From an uncultured delta proteobacterium (lineage in GTDB: Bacteria; Myxococcota_A; Polyangia; Polyangiales; Polyangiaceae), in the NCBI GenBank assembly GCA_963782055.1, contig CAWAIF010000003.1, positions 2,432,001 to 2,496,000 of the forward strand: DNA of 64,000 nucleotides, in the 5' to 3' direction. The notes beneath the pieces were generated by a model. It was not told the DNA's origin, searched no databases, and saw only the letters and a list, made by a program, of their open reading frames with translations. Positions 30,161 to 40,486 of the stretch are shown piece by piece; the first letter of the stretch is position 1, and every line of letters starts with the position of its first letter. The translations under genes and the position numbers were made by a program.

Positions 30161-31523
30161 CTGACCCATCCCCTCAGTTTCCTGCCTCTCGCGGGGACTC
30201 AAACTTGAGGATTTCCGCGAGGAAGAGATGGCCCCGTACGATCTTCTCGTAGGCGGTGAGGAGGCGGTCGAGCCACTCCTCGCGCATGGTGTCGAGGCAC
30301 GAGTACCAGTAGAGACCCTGGTTGAAGAGCGACATCGTTCGCTTGGGCGACGTATTCGTCTTGAGGGTCTTGTCGAGCTTCGATGCCTCACTCGCCGCGC
30401 CGAGGAGCGTCAGCAGAGTGTATGCGATCGCGATGAGAAACAGCAGACGGTCACGCCGCCCGGCGTCGCCGATGTGCGTCGCCCGGAGGCCAACGCCGAA
30501 GGTGATGTCTTTCTGGTCCCGAAACGTCTCTTCGATCGTGAACCTCTTCGAGTACGCCTGCACGATCTCGTTGGCGTCGGCCGTAGTGAGCGACGTCGCC
30601 AGACACCACGCTTCCTTCATGCCCTTTCGCTTGACCAGCACCACGGCCGGCACCTTGCTCTTCTTCCTCGTCACCGTGACGCCGACGAGCTTTCGCACCC
30701 GACCGTGCGCGGGCACGAGCTCCGCGGCCGGCAGGCCCTCCGCGTCCGACTCCGACACGATGATGTTCTCGCGGAACCGGATGATGTAGTCCCAGCCGTA
30801 GAGGCCGAGCAACTCGTAGAGCTCCGCGTACCCGAAGGCTCGATCCGCCATCAGCGTCACGCTCACCGCGGCAGGCAGCCACTCGTGCAGCTGCCGCACC
30901 ATCTCCAGTTCATGGCCGGTGCGCTTCGTCTTGAGCGTCGACTTCTTGACCGTCTTCCACGCAAACGGGCTCGCCCGTCCGTGCGTCGTGACCAGGTACG
31001 CGCAGAGCGTCGTGTGGTCGTCGTCGTCGAAATCCGTCCAGTCCATCGCGAGCACGATGTTCGACGTCGTCCCGACGACGTGCTTCACCCACAGCGGCAT
31101 CAGCACCTCGAGCTTCACTTCCTCGTTGCTCAGCAGCCGGTCCACCTGCTTCACGCCGCTCTTGCTCTCGATCCTCGCAAGCCGCGCGTACGCTCGACCG
31201 ATTGCCGCGATCGACACAACGCTCGCGTTCAGAACCCCCGTCACTCCATTCGCGAGCGACCGCACCCGGGCAAGGTGGACGTCTCCGCCGAACAGCTTCT
31301 CCATCGATGTGCGCGTCTGCGACAACGTCCAGAGCCTACGTCGTCCGCCGCCGAGCGGCAGCAGCCATGTTGCGAGAGGGACGGTCTGCATGTCGCCGCA
31401 AACAGTTCGCTCCGCCCATGGATTCCCGCCTCGCAGGTCATCCCGGACCACCCCATCCAGGAACACAGCGGTTTCGATTACCTACGCGTCATCTTTCATC
31501 CGCAGAATGAGGGGATCCCTCAG
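30161..31523 (-). mobile_element. IS4-family (IS10-like) insertion sequence, 1363 bp
   Basis: TIRs CTGACCCATCCCCTCA (30161-76) and TGAGGGGATCCCTCAG (31508-23); 9-bp TSD GGCCGGTAC at 30152-60 and 31524-32. Confidence 0.92.
30174..31466 (-). CDS. IS4-family transposase (start codon uncertain)
   Basis: MDWT, ADRAF, YSKRFTIEETFRDQK (YREK signature); stop lies inside the TIR. Confidence 0.9.
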   Translation of the reverse strand: MFLDGVVRDDLRGGNPWAERTVCGDMQTVPLATWLLPLGGGRRRLWTLSQTRTSMEKLFGGDVHLARVRSLANGVTGVLNASVVSIAAIGRAYARLARIESKSGVKQVDRLLSNEEVKLEVLMPLWVKHVVGTTSNIVLAMDWTDFDDDDHTTLCAYLVTTHGRASPFAWKTVKKSTLKTKRTGHELEMVRQLHEWLPAAVSVTLMADRAFGYAELYELLGLYGWDYIIRFRENIIVSESDAEGLPAAELVPAHGRVRKLVGVTVTRKKSKVPAVVLVKRKGMKEAWCLATSLTTADANEIVQAYSKRFTIEETFRDQKDITFGVGLRATHIGDAGRRDRLLFLIAIAYTLLTLLGAASEASKLDKTLKTNTSPKRTMSLFNQGLYWYSCLDTMREEWLDRLLTAYEKIVRGHLFLAEILKFESPREAGN

Positions 31524-31540
31524 GGCCGGTACCCGAGGTG

Positions 31541-31690
31541 ATGATGCGAAGGGACAGGCAGCCATCGGACGGACCGCGGCGTTGGCGGCAGTGGACGGAG
31601 GCCGAGGCGCGGGCGGCGCTGGCGGAGCTCGCGGCGAGCGGGGAGCGGGGAGAGCATGGCAGGGTACGCGCGACGCGTGGGCGTCTCGCC
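31541..31690 (+). pseudogene. IS66 TnpA (HTH) N-terminal fragment
   Basis: GAGGTG RBS; MMRRDRQPSDGPRRWRQWTEAEARAALAELAASGE..MAGYARRVGVSP with a 7-bp duplication frameshift; cut at 31691 by another IS end. Confidence 0.6.
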
Positions 31691-32279
31691 GTACCCGTAC
31701 GGGCAAGGGCCTGAACGGCAGATCTGAACGTCGCGCTCCGGGCTACGCGTCGAAATCGACCGGGTCGGGTGGCTTGGGCGGGGGTTTCCAGCGGTGCGGC
31801 AGGAGGTCGGCGAGCTGGTCGGCGGCGGTCTTGTCGATGCGGCCGAGGACGTCGGCCAGGTACTCGACGGGGTTCACGCCGACGCGGGTGCAGGAGACGA
31901 CGAGCGAGTAGAGGAGTGCGAGCGCCTTGCCGGCCTCGTCGCTGTGGACGAATAGGAAGTTCTTGCGGCCGAGGGCCACGAGCCTCATCGCATTTTCAGC
32001 GGGGTTGTTGTCCAGGGGAACGCGGGCGTCGTGAAGGAACCGGCCGAGCGCGGTCTGGTTTCTCCAGGTGTAGCGCGCGGCGCGTCCGAGGAGCGTCTTG
32101 GGTCCGTGCAGTCGACGAGCCTCGCGCGCGAGCAGGAGCAGCCGAACGAAGAGCGGGCGCGCGCACGTGCGGCGTACCCGTTTCCAGCGGTGCGGCAGGA
32201 GGTTGGCGAGCTGGTCGGCGGCGGTCTTGTCGATGCGGCCGAGGACGTCGGCCAGGTACTCGACGGGGTTCACGCCGAC
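31691..32279 (-). pseudogene. IS66 TnpC C-terminal remnants (two nested copies)
   Basis: PLDNNPAENAMR...GRKNFLF...YSLVVSC...NPVEYLADVL...LLPHRWK; ~100-bp direct repeat 31784-31883 / 32180-32279; GTACCCGT end-like motif at 31691 and 32174. Confidence 0.82.
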
Positions 32280-32518
32280 ACAGCTATACCGCGACGAACT
32301 CCGTCGTCGTCGGCCCTAGGCGGCTCCTGCAGTATCCGAGCCGCTGCGGCGAGACACGACGTCAGCGAGCCAGACAGCCAGACAACCCCCCGCCCAGGGC
32401 CCTGCCTGCGCCCTAGCATGGTCGCCGCTTGTTGCACGTGCGACAGCCACGTGGTTCACCGATGGGTTACGCAGCACCGACAGTCGTCGACAATGACAAA
32501 ACAACCTGGCGCCGCGTG

Positions 32519-34489
32519 TTACGGAAGAACGTGCCGCGTCGTAGCAGTCCCATCGAGCCATGCCTCCCACATCAAGACAAACCACAACGACTGCTGCCAG
32601 TTTCTCCGCCCGGAGAGGTGCTCAAGCCATCGCTTCCGAACGGGCGCGGGGTCTAGGTAGCCTTCTCGGCGAAGACGCGACTCGCTCAGGAGATCTTCCG
32701 CCCAGGAACGAAGTGGGCCTCGCAGCCAGCGTCCGATGGGCACGCTGAATCCACGCTTTGGTCGATCGAACAACCGTGGCGGAAGATAGCGCGAAAGCAC
32801 CCTACGAAGGATCCACTTTCCGCGGCCGTACCGAACTTTCTGGGCGAGTGGGACGCGCCATGCGAAGCTAACGACCTCTGGATCAAGGAATGGAACGCGG
32901 GTCTCGAGTGCAACGGACATCGCAGCCCGGTCGACCTTCACTAGAATATCGTCAGGTAGATACGTAGAGGCGTCGGCAAACATCGCGCGCTCGGTGAGCG
33001 TCGCGCCGCTCAGGCCCCTCTCGTTCAGAGCTAGCACGTCCGAACGATCGAGGCCGCGCTTGACCAGACGGTCCACCCCATCCCAGCTTGCGAGTAGGCT
33101 CGCGTAGAACTCGTCGCCGCTGCTTGCACTGGCATATTCGCCGAGGCGCCGGGCGCGGTCGCAGAACCGGCCGGAGACCGCTGTTGGTGGCCGTTGCGCG
33201 GACGACACAAACCCAAGGCCATGGCCGGCGTGGTCACGTGCCAGCAGGGCTGATACCGCACGCTTGAAACCAATTGGCAGCCTGCCACTCACGGCCCAGA
33301 CACGCCGTGCGAGGGCATAACGCCCGTATCCCCCAAACAGCTCGTCGCCCCCATCTCCAGACAGGCTCACGACTACGTGCCGCCGTGCTAGTCTCGAGAC
33401 AAGAAGCGTTGGGATCTGAGAAGAGTCACCAAACGGTTCGTCATATAGCCGCGGTAGGTCCGGGATGACACTGCGCGCATCCTCGGAAGTAACATAAGCC
33501 TCCGTATGGTCGGTGCCGAGGTGACGCGCAACCTCAGCGGCGTAAGGGGCCTCATTGTAGGTCGCATCGTCGAAGCCTATCGTGAACGTCCGCACCGGCC
33601 GACTGCTCTGCTCTTGCATTAGGGCGGCGACGATACTCGAGTCAATGCCCCCGGACAGGAACGCCCCAAGCGGAACGTCAGAAACCATCTGTCGCCGAAC
33701 CGCACGCCGCAAGGTGGTATCACAACGCCTCACGACCTCGAGATCGCTCAACGCGAATGGATGGCGAAGCCCATCCTCAGCAACGGCGCGCAGCGACCAG
33801 TAGGACGAAGGTGTGTTGGTGGCATCGGATTCGCCACGAAGCCGAAGCCAGCAGCCAGCCGGCAACTTGCGGACGCCCTGGTAGACCGAGCGGGCTCCCG
33901 GGACGCAACCAAACTTGAAAAAGGAACATAACGCATCACGATCCACGGCCGCCGTGAAACCGGGATGCGCGACGAGCGCCTTCAGCTCGGAACCGAAGAG
34001 CAGCGCTCGGCCGCCAGCGCCTGCGCCATAGTACAGCGGCTTTTCGCCTAGCCGATCCCGGGCCAAGAAGAGCGCCCGCTCGGCGGTATCCCAGGTGGCG
34101 ATTGCAAACATGCCGTGGGCCCGTCGTAGCGTGTCGACAAAACCCCATTGCTCGAAGCCGGCAAGAAGTACTTCGGTGTCAGAACGGGTCGCGAACCGAA
34201 ACCCATGGAACTCGAGCTCGCGGCGAAGATCGAGAAAGTTATAGATCTCGCCATTAAACACGACGACGTAGCGCCCTGAGCGTGATCGCATAGGCTGGTG
34301 GGCGGCAGCGGTTAGATCAAGAATTGCAAGACGCCGGTGGCCCAGCGCAATGCCACACGTTGGGTCCACCCACGTGCCCGCGTCGTCCGGCCCGCGGTGG
34401 CGAATGGACAAAGACATCGTCGTCGCGATTCGCGTCGACTCGTCAGCCGTTAGGGTGTCGCGAGTCAAAAAGCCTGCAATTCCGCACAT
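32519..34489 (-). CDS. asnB: Second asparagine synthase-like amidotransferase
   Basis: MCGIAGF at 34489, HRGPDD, FNGEIYN, FLSGGIDSS, SGDGGDELFGGY, KVDRAAM..LETRVPFLD. Confidence 0.92.
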   Translation of the reverse strand: MCGIAGFLTRDTLTADESTRIATTMSLSIRHRGPDDAGTWVDPTCGIALGHRRLAILDLTAAAHQPMRSRSGRYVVVFNGEIYNFLDLRRELEFHGFRFATRSDTEVLLAGFEQWGFVDTLRRAHGMFAIATWDTAERALFLARDRLGEKPLYYGAGAGGRALLFGSELKALVAHPGFTAAVDRDALCSFFKFGCVPGARSVYQGVRKLPAGCWLRLRGESDATNTPSSYWSLRAVAEDGLRHPFALSDLEVVRRCDTTLRRAVRRQMVSDVPLGAFLSGGIDSSIVAALMQEQSSRPVRTFTIGFDDATYNEAPYAAEVARHLGTDHTEAYVTSEDARSVIPDLPRLYDEPFGDSSQIPTLLVSRLARRHVVVSLSGDGGDELFGGYGRYALARRVWAVSGRLPIGFKRAVSALLARDHAGHGLGFVSSAQRPPTAVSGRFCDRARRLGEYASASSGDEFYASLLASWDGVDRLVKRGLDRSDVLALNERGLSGATLTERAMFADASTYLPDDILVKVDRAAMSVALETRVPFLDPEVVSFAWRVPLAQKVRYGRGKWILRRVLSRYLPPRLFDRPKRGFSVPIGRWLRGPLRSWAEDLLSESRLRREGYLDPAPVRKRWLEHLSGRRNWQQSLWFVLMWEAWLDGTATTRHVLP

Positions 34490-34511
34490 CAGTGAGCCCT
34501 CCGCGAGGTGG

Positions 34512-35882
34512 TCACGGGGTGGAGACAATAGAAGACGAAGCCAGCGCGCGAAGTCGCCGACGTAGCGCCATAAAAATAAGTGTAAAAGAGACCAGGTAGA
34601 CAACGGAAGTCGAGAGGGCGATGCCCGGCAAGCCCATGTAGTGAACAAGGGTGACGTCGGCGACGACGTTCACTACCAAGTTAACGACGCTGATCCTCAT
34701 GATGGCGGTATTTGCTGAGAGCGCGTTCAAGGCGCGTACGCCGAGCACCCCGGCGAGGTGAAACGGGAGCTGAAGCGCGTACATGACCTGCACGTGTGCG
34801 ACGAGGGAGGTTGACGTGGCCGTAAAGGCGCCACGCTGGTATAGGATGCGCGTGAGGGGCGACGACTCTGCTATCAAGAATGCCGTGATGGGAATGGTCG
34901 CGGCTAGCACGACGCCGATCCACCGGCGAAGCGTGCGGCGAAAGCCAGTCCAGTCGTGCGATGCGGCGAGGGAGGAGAATTGTGGCAGCAAGACTGCCCC
35001 GACGCTCGCGGCGCCAACCGTCATGGCGAGGCCAACGAAGCGGTTCGCGAAGGCCAGGGAAGAAATGCTACCTACAGCAAGGAAGGAGGCGACCGCCTGG
35101 TCGACGAGCGGTGAGGAGCTGCTCGTGGCCGTGCCTGCGAGCGCTGGAATGTACTGTCGCACAACGCGACGCAGCGGGGCGGAATAGCCATGCCAGCCCG
35201 GCACCGGCGAATAGCCGGCCGCCGCCGCGCCGGCGGCCCGCACGCAGCACTCGACCGCCAGGCCGCCGACCGTGCCGACTGCGAGAGCGTACGTGTCGAT
35301 GTTGCGAAGAAGGACGGCAGCAAGAACAATCGAGATCGAGCTGATAGCGGGGGTAGAGGCGACGAGAGCGAACCGACGTTCCGCATTCAAGACGGATGCG
35401 AACAAGTTCGAAAGCGCCGTTAGCGGGACCGAGGGAAGCAAAACGTAAAATAGGCGCACCGCAAGATCTAGGCGAGCGGCGGGGAGCCCTGGGGCGAGGA
35501 GGCGTAGGAGCAGCGGAGCCGTGACTGCCAGAAGGAGCGTCGCGAGCGCGAGCCCTGCGCAGGCGAGCGTGAGTGCCCCGCGAAGCAGCTTCACGGACGC
35601 CGGCCGACCTCCGTCCATCTTTGCGCGAACCAGCTCCGGAATCAGCGCGACGCTGATTCCCGCGGTCACGACATTGGCAAAAAACGTGGGCACGGCTACC
35701 GCCACCAGGAACGCGTCGAGGGAGCTCGCCGTTCCAAAGCGAAACGCCACAAACAGCTCCTTGCCCATCGCGGCGGCGCGCGCACACACGACAATCAGGG
35801 CCGTGACCAAGATGCTGGCTGCGATGCGAGGCACGACGTGCAAACTACGCGCGGGCGCCGAGGCGGAGGCTGCAGGATCCAT
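34512..35882 (-). CDS. MurJ/MviN-like (MOP superfamily) flippase
   Basis: KELFVAFRFGT...DAF...P, about 12-14 hydrophobic segments, LYQRGAFT. Confidence 0.82.
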   Translation of the reverse strand: MDPAASASAPARSLHVVPRIAASILVTALIVVCARAAAMGKELFVAFRFGTASSLDAFLVAVAVPTFFANVVTAGISVALIPELVRAKMDGGRPASVKLLRGALTLACAGLALATLLLAVTAPLLLRLLAPGLPAARLDLAVRLFYVLLPSVPLTALSNLFASVLNAERRFALVASTPAISSISIVLAAVLLRNIDTYALAVGTVGGLAVECCVRAAGAAAAGYSPVPGWHGYSAPLRRVVRQYIPALAGTATSSSSPLVDQAVASFLAVGSISSLAFANRFVGLAMTVGAASVGAVLLPQFSSLAASHDWTGFRRTLRRWIGVVLAATIPITAFLIAESSPLTRILYQRGAFTATSTSLVAHVQVMYALQLPFHLAGVLGVRALNALSANTAIMRISVVNLVVNVVADVTLVHYMGLPGIALSTSVVYLVSFTLIFMALRRRLRALASSSIVSTP

Positions 35883-35963
35883 GGAAGATTGGGGGAAGAC
35901 GCGAGCCTGGACGACGTGGTGAACGACTTGTCAGCGCCGGAGGTTGCGGTAGGCTAACCGAGC

Positions 35964-36839
35964 ATGTGGCGTGTGCCATCGTTAATCTGTGCCGTGACCG
36001 CTATCGCCCTCGTCGTGGCCTGCGGGTTGCCGGGCACTGGCTTAGGTGGGGTAGCGGGCCCCGATGGGGGCGTGGACGCGAATGCGGACGTCGACCTTAG
36101 AGCTGGGGATTCCGACGGTGGAGCGGACACCGGCGCGGACGTCGCGACGCCCCCGGAGGGAGCAGAACCGGGAGAACTGGGGTCGAAGCCGGTCGTGTGG
36201 CTTCGGGACCAGATAGTCGCTCCTGACGCCGGCACCGACGCGGAGGCGAGTGGATGGCTGGATAGCTCCGGTCATGATGCTGGCGTAAGGGCGCTTGGGG
36301 CGAAGCCCTCGGTCAATTGGTCAGACCCGATGTTTGGCAGCCATCCGACCATCAAGTTTCAGGATAGTACCCAGATGACGAACCCGGGGCTGGTGGTTTC
36401 AAAGCAGCCTATCACTGTATTCTTGGTGGGTAGCGCCGGTGTCAAGGCGGGGCTCTATACGATCTTTTTCGATAGCATGAGCACTGGAGCTGCCCGTGTG
36501 GGGATCTTCTCGGATCCTGTCGGGAAGCTATCAGTCTACACCGGCGCCACGAAAGCGTTCTGGACGAGCGCGCTACCCGCGACGAGCCCCATGATCCTCA
36601 TAGCGATCTTTGATGGTCCAAATTCTCGCATATTTGCCTCATCAAACGTGGGGGTCGCGGCTAACACATTGGATGCCGCGTCGGGATTGGGCGGCGTATC
36701 GATTGGTGGGAATGGGGGCGCGGGCTTGCGTGGCGCACTAGCGGAGGTGGCCGTGTGGTCAACGGCGCTGTCATTGCTAGATGTGTTTCGATTGAATCAA
36801 TACGCGTCGCTTCGGTATGGTGTCGCCCTGCAGCCGTAA
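35964..36839 (+). CDS. Putative lipoprotein with LamG/concanavalin-like beta domain
   Basis: VVAC lipobox; VVWL...W.DSSG...P.I.F...G.LAEVAVWSTALS...Y...RYG pattern. Confidence 0.6.
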   Translation: MWRVPSLICAVTAIALVVACGLPGTGLGGVAGPDGGVDANADVDLRAGDSDGGADTGADVATPPEGAEPGELGSKPVVWLRDQIVAPDAGTDAEASGWLDSSGHDAGVRALGAKPSVNWSDPMFGSHPTIKFQDSTQMTNPGLVVSKQPITVFLVGSAGVKAGLYTIFFDSMSTGAARVGIFSDPVGKLSVYTGATKAFWTSALPATSPMILIAIFDGPNSRIFASSNVGVAANTLDAASGLGGVSIGGNGGAGLRGALAEVAVWSTALSLLDVFRLNQYASLRYGVALQP

Positions 36840-36857
36840 GCGTCATAGCTCTAATAG

Positions 36858-37934
36858 ATGGATAAATTTTCGGACAAGCCTGTGATCGCGACGCGGTTCA
36901 TGGAACGACGGCCGGAGGAACTCGCGCTGTTCGCTGCTTGTTTTCGGCGAAATGGGTCGCCGCGGTCAACGGCCTCGCTGGAGTGGCAGTACCTGATGAA
37001 CCCTGCCGGTGTGATGCTGGTGGATCTCGCGTTCGCGACAGACCGGCACGTCGCAGCCATTTACGCGACGCTTCCACAGCGCATGCGCATTGGGGGAGCG
37101 CCGGCGCTTGGAGCTCAATCGCTGGATACGATTACGGACCGGCAGTTCCGTGGACGAGGCTTGTTTGTGAAGCTGGCCGAGGCAACGTACCGCCGCGCAC
37201 GGCAAGACGGATTTGCACTTGTATTCGGGTTTCCAAATGGCAACTCTGTTCACGGCTTCTTTCGCCGGCTCGGATGGCAATCACTTGACCCTGTACCGTT
37301 TCTCGTGCGGCCGCTTCGGACGGGGTACCTGCTTAGACGCGTCGGGCTGCCTTGGCTTAGTAGGCGTGTGCATGATATGGACTTGGCGCCCCGGCTGCCG
37401 AGACCACTGGAGTATCCGCTGCGCATTGAGCGGCTGCGACGTTTTGACGAGCGCCACACGTCGCTGTGGGAGCAGTTTAGTCGTGATGTGGGCGTGGCCG
37501 TCGAACGAGACGCGCAGTACCTCAACTGGCGTCTGGTCGACAAGCCCGAAGTGGAGTACGTGAACTACGAGGTCATGCTGGGGGAGCAGGTTGTGGCAAT
37601 GCTTAGCTATTGTGTGAGGGCTAAGCATGCGGGTCGTGTGGGCTACGTCATGGAGGCCCTCTGCCTGCCGGGCATGGAGCGCGTGCTCAACTGGCTCCTG
37701 CGGTACGCACTGCGCCAAATGGCTGACGCGGGCGCGGATATCGCCCTCGCCTGGAGCGCACCGCATGCTAGAACATATAACGTTTTTCGTCGAAACCTGT
37801 TTGCCCCGTTTCCGGAGCGGGTTCGTCCCATTGAGCTGCACTGGGGCGTTCGCGGCTTCACTGGCAGAGCAAGCGAATTGGCGGGCGATCGGAAGCAGTG
37901 GTACTTGAGCTATTTGGATAGCGATACCGTGTAG
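36858..37934 (+). CDS. GNAT family N-acyltransferase
   Basis: WQY..NP, QSLDTITDRQFRGRGLF, FGFPNGNS. Confidence 0.85.
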   Translation: MDKFSDKPVIATRFMERRPEELALFAACFRRNGSPRSTASLEWQYLMNPAGVMLVDLAFATDRHVAAIYATLPQRMRIGGAPALGAQSLDTITDRQFRGRGLFVKLAEATYRRARQDGFALVFGFPNGNSVHGFFRRLGWQSLDPVPFLVRPLRTGYLLRRVGLPWLSRRVHDMDLAPRLPRPLEYPLRIERLRRFDERHTSLWEQFSRDVGVAVERDAQYLNWRLVDKPEVEYVNYEVMLGEQVVAMLSYCVRAKHAGRVGYVMEALCLPGMERVLNWLLRYALRQMADAGADIALAWSAPHARTYNVFRRNLFAPFPERVRPIELHWGVRGFTGRASELAGDRKQWYLSYLDSDTV

Positions 37935-37964
37935 ACTGCGAGCCGGCATATCGGCTCAGCTTTA

Positions 37965-38168
37965 GGCCTCCTCAGCAGAACCTGTGGGTGAGCCAAGGCG
38001 GCTCGGGTAGCGCACCAAGCGCATGATATAGGGCGATCTCGGCGTGCCTTGGACCGCGGAAGCCGTACGCCTCTCGAGTCGTAACTCGCGCCTTGTTGTT
38101 GAAACCGTCGGTGGCGCCTGCGGCGAACTCGCCTCGGGCGAGGAACCGGTTGAGCAGCTCGCGTCGGT
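37965..38168 (-). pseudogene. ISL3-family transposase C-terminal remnant and IS end
   Basis: ELLNRFLARGEFAAGATDGFNNKARVTTREAYGFR...ALYHALGALPEP..THRFC*. Confidence 0.8.
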
Positions 38169-38243
38169 TGTTGATGGTCGCCCAGAAGCGCCGAAATTTG
38201 GACCTCAGCCCGGGTCCGCGCGAGCGTGATGCCGGACGCACGA
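38169..38243. repeat. 75-bp direct repeat copy 1 (IS21-like terminus)
   Basis: TGTTGATGGTCGCCCAGAAGCGCCGAAATTTGG..., identical to 40487-40561. Confidence 0.85.
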
Positions 38244-38307
38244 AAAAAAGGTATCCCTTCGCCGAACCACGTGCACGACGTCGGGGGTCGCGTGAGGCCC
38301 GTGGCGC

Positions 38308-39905
38308 TCAGCCCGGGCCGAGGGTGAGGCGCCGGAACGGGCTCGCGTCGAGCAAGCGGCGCACGTCGTCGGTGTCGCGCGTCCGGGTCCACTCGACGGG
38401 CGATAGTTCGAGGAGGCGATGCTCGGGCCAGCGGGGCAGCAGGCAGAACACGTCGCGCAGGTACGCCCACGGCTCGACGCCGCAGAGCCGCAGAGCCGGC
38501 AGCTCGCGAGCAGCGAGGTGAAGATGGCGTTGACGGCGCCGCCGTCGTCGCTGCCGACGAAGAGCCAGTTCTTGCGCCCGACCGCTTCCCTGCGGAGGTT
38601 GAGCTCGCTCATGTTGTTGTGAATCGGCAGCCGGCCGTCTTCGAGAAAGCGCGAGAGCCCCACGCGCTGGTTGCCCACGTAGCGGATGCCGTCGGAGATG
38701 GGCGTGTCGTCGAGGACGTGCGGCGCCTCGGCGTCGCACCAGGAGAAGAAGTTGTCGACGATCGGTCCGGAGCGTTTCTCGCGGATGCGCTCTCGCTTCT
38801 TGCGAGGTGAGTCGGCGATGGTGCGCTCGATGCGGAACAGCGCGCCGATGAGACCGAGCGCGACCTTCGCGCGCTCGGGATCGGAGTCCAGTGCCTTGAA
38901 GAAGTAGCGGCGGCAGTGCGCCCAGCAGTTGACCTCGACGACGTCGCCCTCCGCGTAGAGGTGGTCGTAGACGACGTGGGCGTCGGCGACGAGGTAGCCC
39001 TGGTAGCCGGCGAGCATATCGTCGACCGCGTCGCTCGAGTGGTCGCGCGTGTAGTCGAAGAGCACGTGCCGCCCGGGCGCGACGGTGACCCAGAAGTGGC
39101 CGGTGCGGCACTTGTCCGTGTGCTGCACGAGCACGCCGGTGGCGTCGACGCAGAGGTACGGCTGCGCGAAGGCGTCCAGGCGCATGGCCGCGACCAGCGG
39201 CCGCGCGAGCTCCGCGAGCTCGCCGTGCCAGCCGCACATCGTCGAGCGCGCGAGTTCGATGCCGTCGCGCGCGTACACGCCCTCGAGCCGGTGGAGCGGC
39301 TGATGGTCCTGCCAGCGCTTGACGATCGTGTCGGCGAGCATCCCGGGGCCCGCGAGGCCCTTCGGGATCGGCAGCTCGGGCGGCTCGGCGACGAGCACCT
39401 CGGTGGGCGCGTCGCGCTCGCGATCCCTGCGCACGAACTTCGGGCGCACGATGCGTGCGACGACGAAGGACGCCGGGCGCCGCTCGATCGTCTCGCTCAC
39501 CTCCTCGCCGATGCGCTCGAAGGCGTCGAGCCCCGCGCGCTCGACCTCCGGCGGGAGCACCTGGATCTCGACGCGCGGCAGGTGCTCGGGTATCGGCTTG
39601 CGGCCCGTGGGCTTGTGTCGGGTGTGGCCGCGCACCTCTTGCTCGGCGTCCGCTTCGGTCATCGCGGCGTCGAGCTCCACGCGCGCACGCTCGCCGAGCA
39701 TCATGGCGAGCACGTCGAGCGACAGCTGCGAGCTGTCCTTCGACAGGTGCTCGGACTTGGACGCGAGCAGACCCCGCTCGAGCTTGCGGCACCGCTCCAT
39801 CATCTCGAGGTAGAGGCGCCGGTACTCGTCGCGCTCCTGCTGCGCCGCCGCGAACTTCCTCTCGAGCTCGTCGAGCCGCTCGGCGATCTGCATCGCGTCG
39901 CTCAC
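38308..39905 (-). pseudogene. tnpC: IS66 transposase TnpC frameshifted by an 8-bp tandem duplication
   Basis: VDATG, LVADAH..YD, CWAHCRRYF, IHNNMSE..LR....GRKNWLFVGS; CCGCAGAG duplicated at 38480-38495 shifts to the frame GVEPWAYLRDVF. Confidence 0.88.
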
Positions 39906-39961
39906 GAAGACTGCTTCTGATCGAAGCGCGATCTCGCGTCAACGCGAAACGATCGCGGCGA

Positions 39962-40273
39962 TCACTTTTCCATGCCGCGAAGGATCACGGCGAGCGTGCG
40001 CGCGTCGATGGTCGCCATCGGTCGGTCGGAGCGGCCGGGCTCGGGCAGCTCGAAGCGCGCGTTGTGGAGGCGCTTGTAGAGGATGCAGTAGCCGTTGCGA
40101 TCGAACCACAGCACCTTCAGCCGGTTGCCGCGCTTGCTCGCGAACACGAAGAGCGCGCCGCTCTGCGGGTCGAGCGCCAGCCGCTCGGTGACGGCGAGCG
40201 CGAGCGCGTCGAAGGACCTGCGCATGTCCTGGCGCTCGGTGCAGACGAAGATCCGGACCGACGTCGGGATCAA
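39962..40273 (-). CDS. tnpB: IS66 accessory protein TnpB (Orf2)
   Basis: DMRRSFDAL, LFVFASKRGNRLKVLWFDRNG...YKRL. Confidence 0.9.
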   Translation of the reverse strand: MIPTSVRIFVCTERQDMRRSFDALALAVTERLALDPQSGALFVFASKRGNRLKVLWFDRNGYCILYKRLHNARFELPEPGRSDRPMATIDARTLAVILRGMEK

Positions 40274-40486
40274 GCGCGCCGCTCCAGCATGTCCAGCAGC
40301 CGGCCGAGCGCCACCGCGTCGAAGTCGACCGGCACGCGGACGACGCGCTCCGCGCCGCGCAGCACGAGCTCCAGAGCGCCGCCTTGCGTCGCTGTCGGCG
40401 GCAGTTCCACGAACGTGACCGGCGGCGACGCCGGCCCCGACCGCTTCGGTCGCGGCTTGGGCTTCGCGTCCACGCCGACGCGCCAG
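40270..40486 (-). pseudogene. IS66 TnpA C-terminal fragment
   Basis: FVEL...LELVL....VRVPVDFDAVALGRLLDML, overlapping the tnpB start; 5' part replaced by the repeat. Confidence 0.7.

Larger units (their letters stand above)
30103..32470. mobile_element. Degenerate IS66-family element with nested insertions
   Basis: TIRs GTAACCCATCGGTGA (30103-30117) and TCACCGATGGGTTAC (32456-32470); 8-bp TSD GCAGCACC at 30095-30102 and 32471-32478. Confidence 0.9.
38251..40486 (-). mobile_element. IS66-family element lacking its left end
   Basis: End GTATCCCTTCGCCGAACC at 38251; tnpA fragment, tnpB and tnpC in canonical order. Confidence 0.85.

Noticed and set aside
25691..34489. Lasso peptide cyclases (two AsnB homologs plus a distant NTP_transf_5)
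   Set aside because: Both have intact MCGIAG glutaminase N-termini and sit among glycosyltransferases; no B protein, RRE or precursor seen
39962..40273. RNA-guided TnpB nuclease
   Set aside because: This is the 103-aa IS66 Orf2 'TnpB', unrelated to IS200/IS605 TnpB; no RuvC motifs
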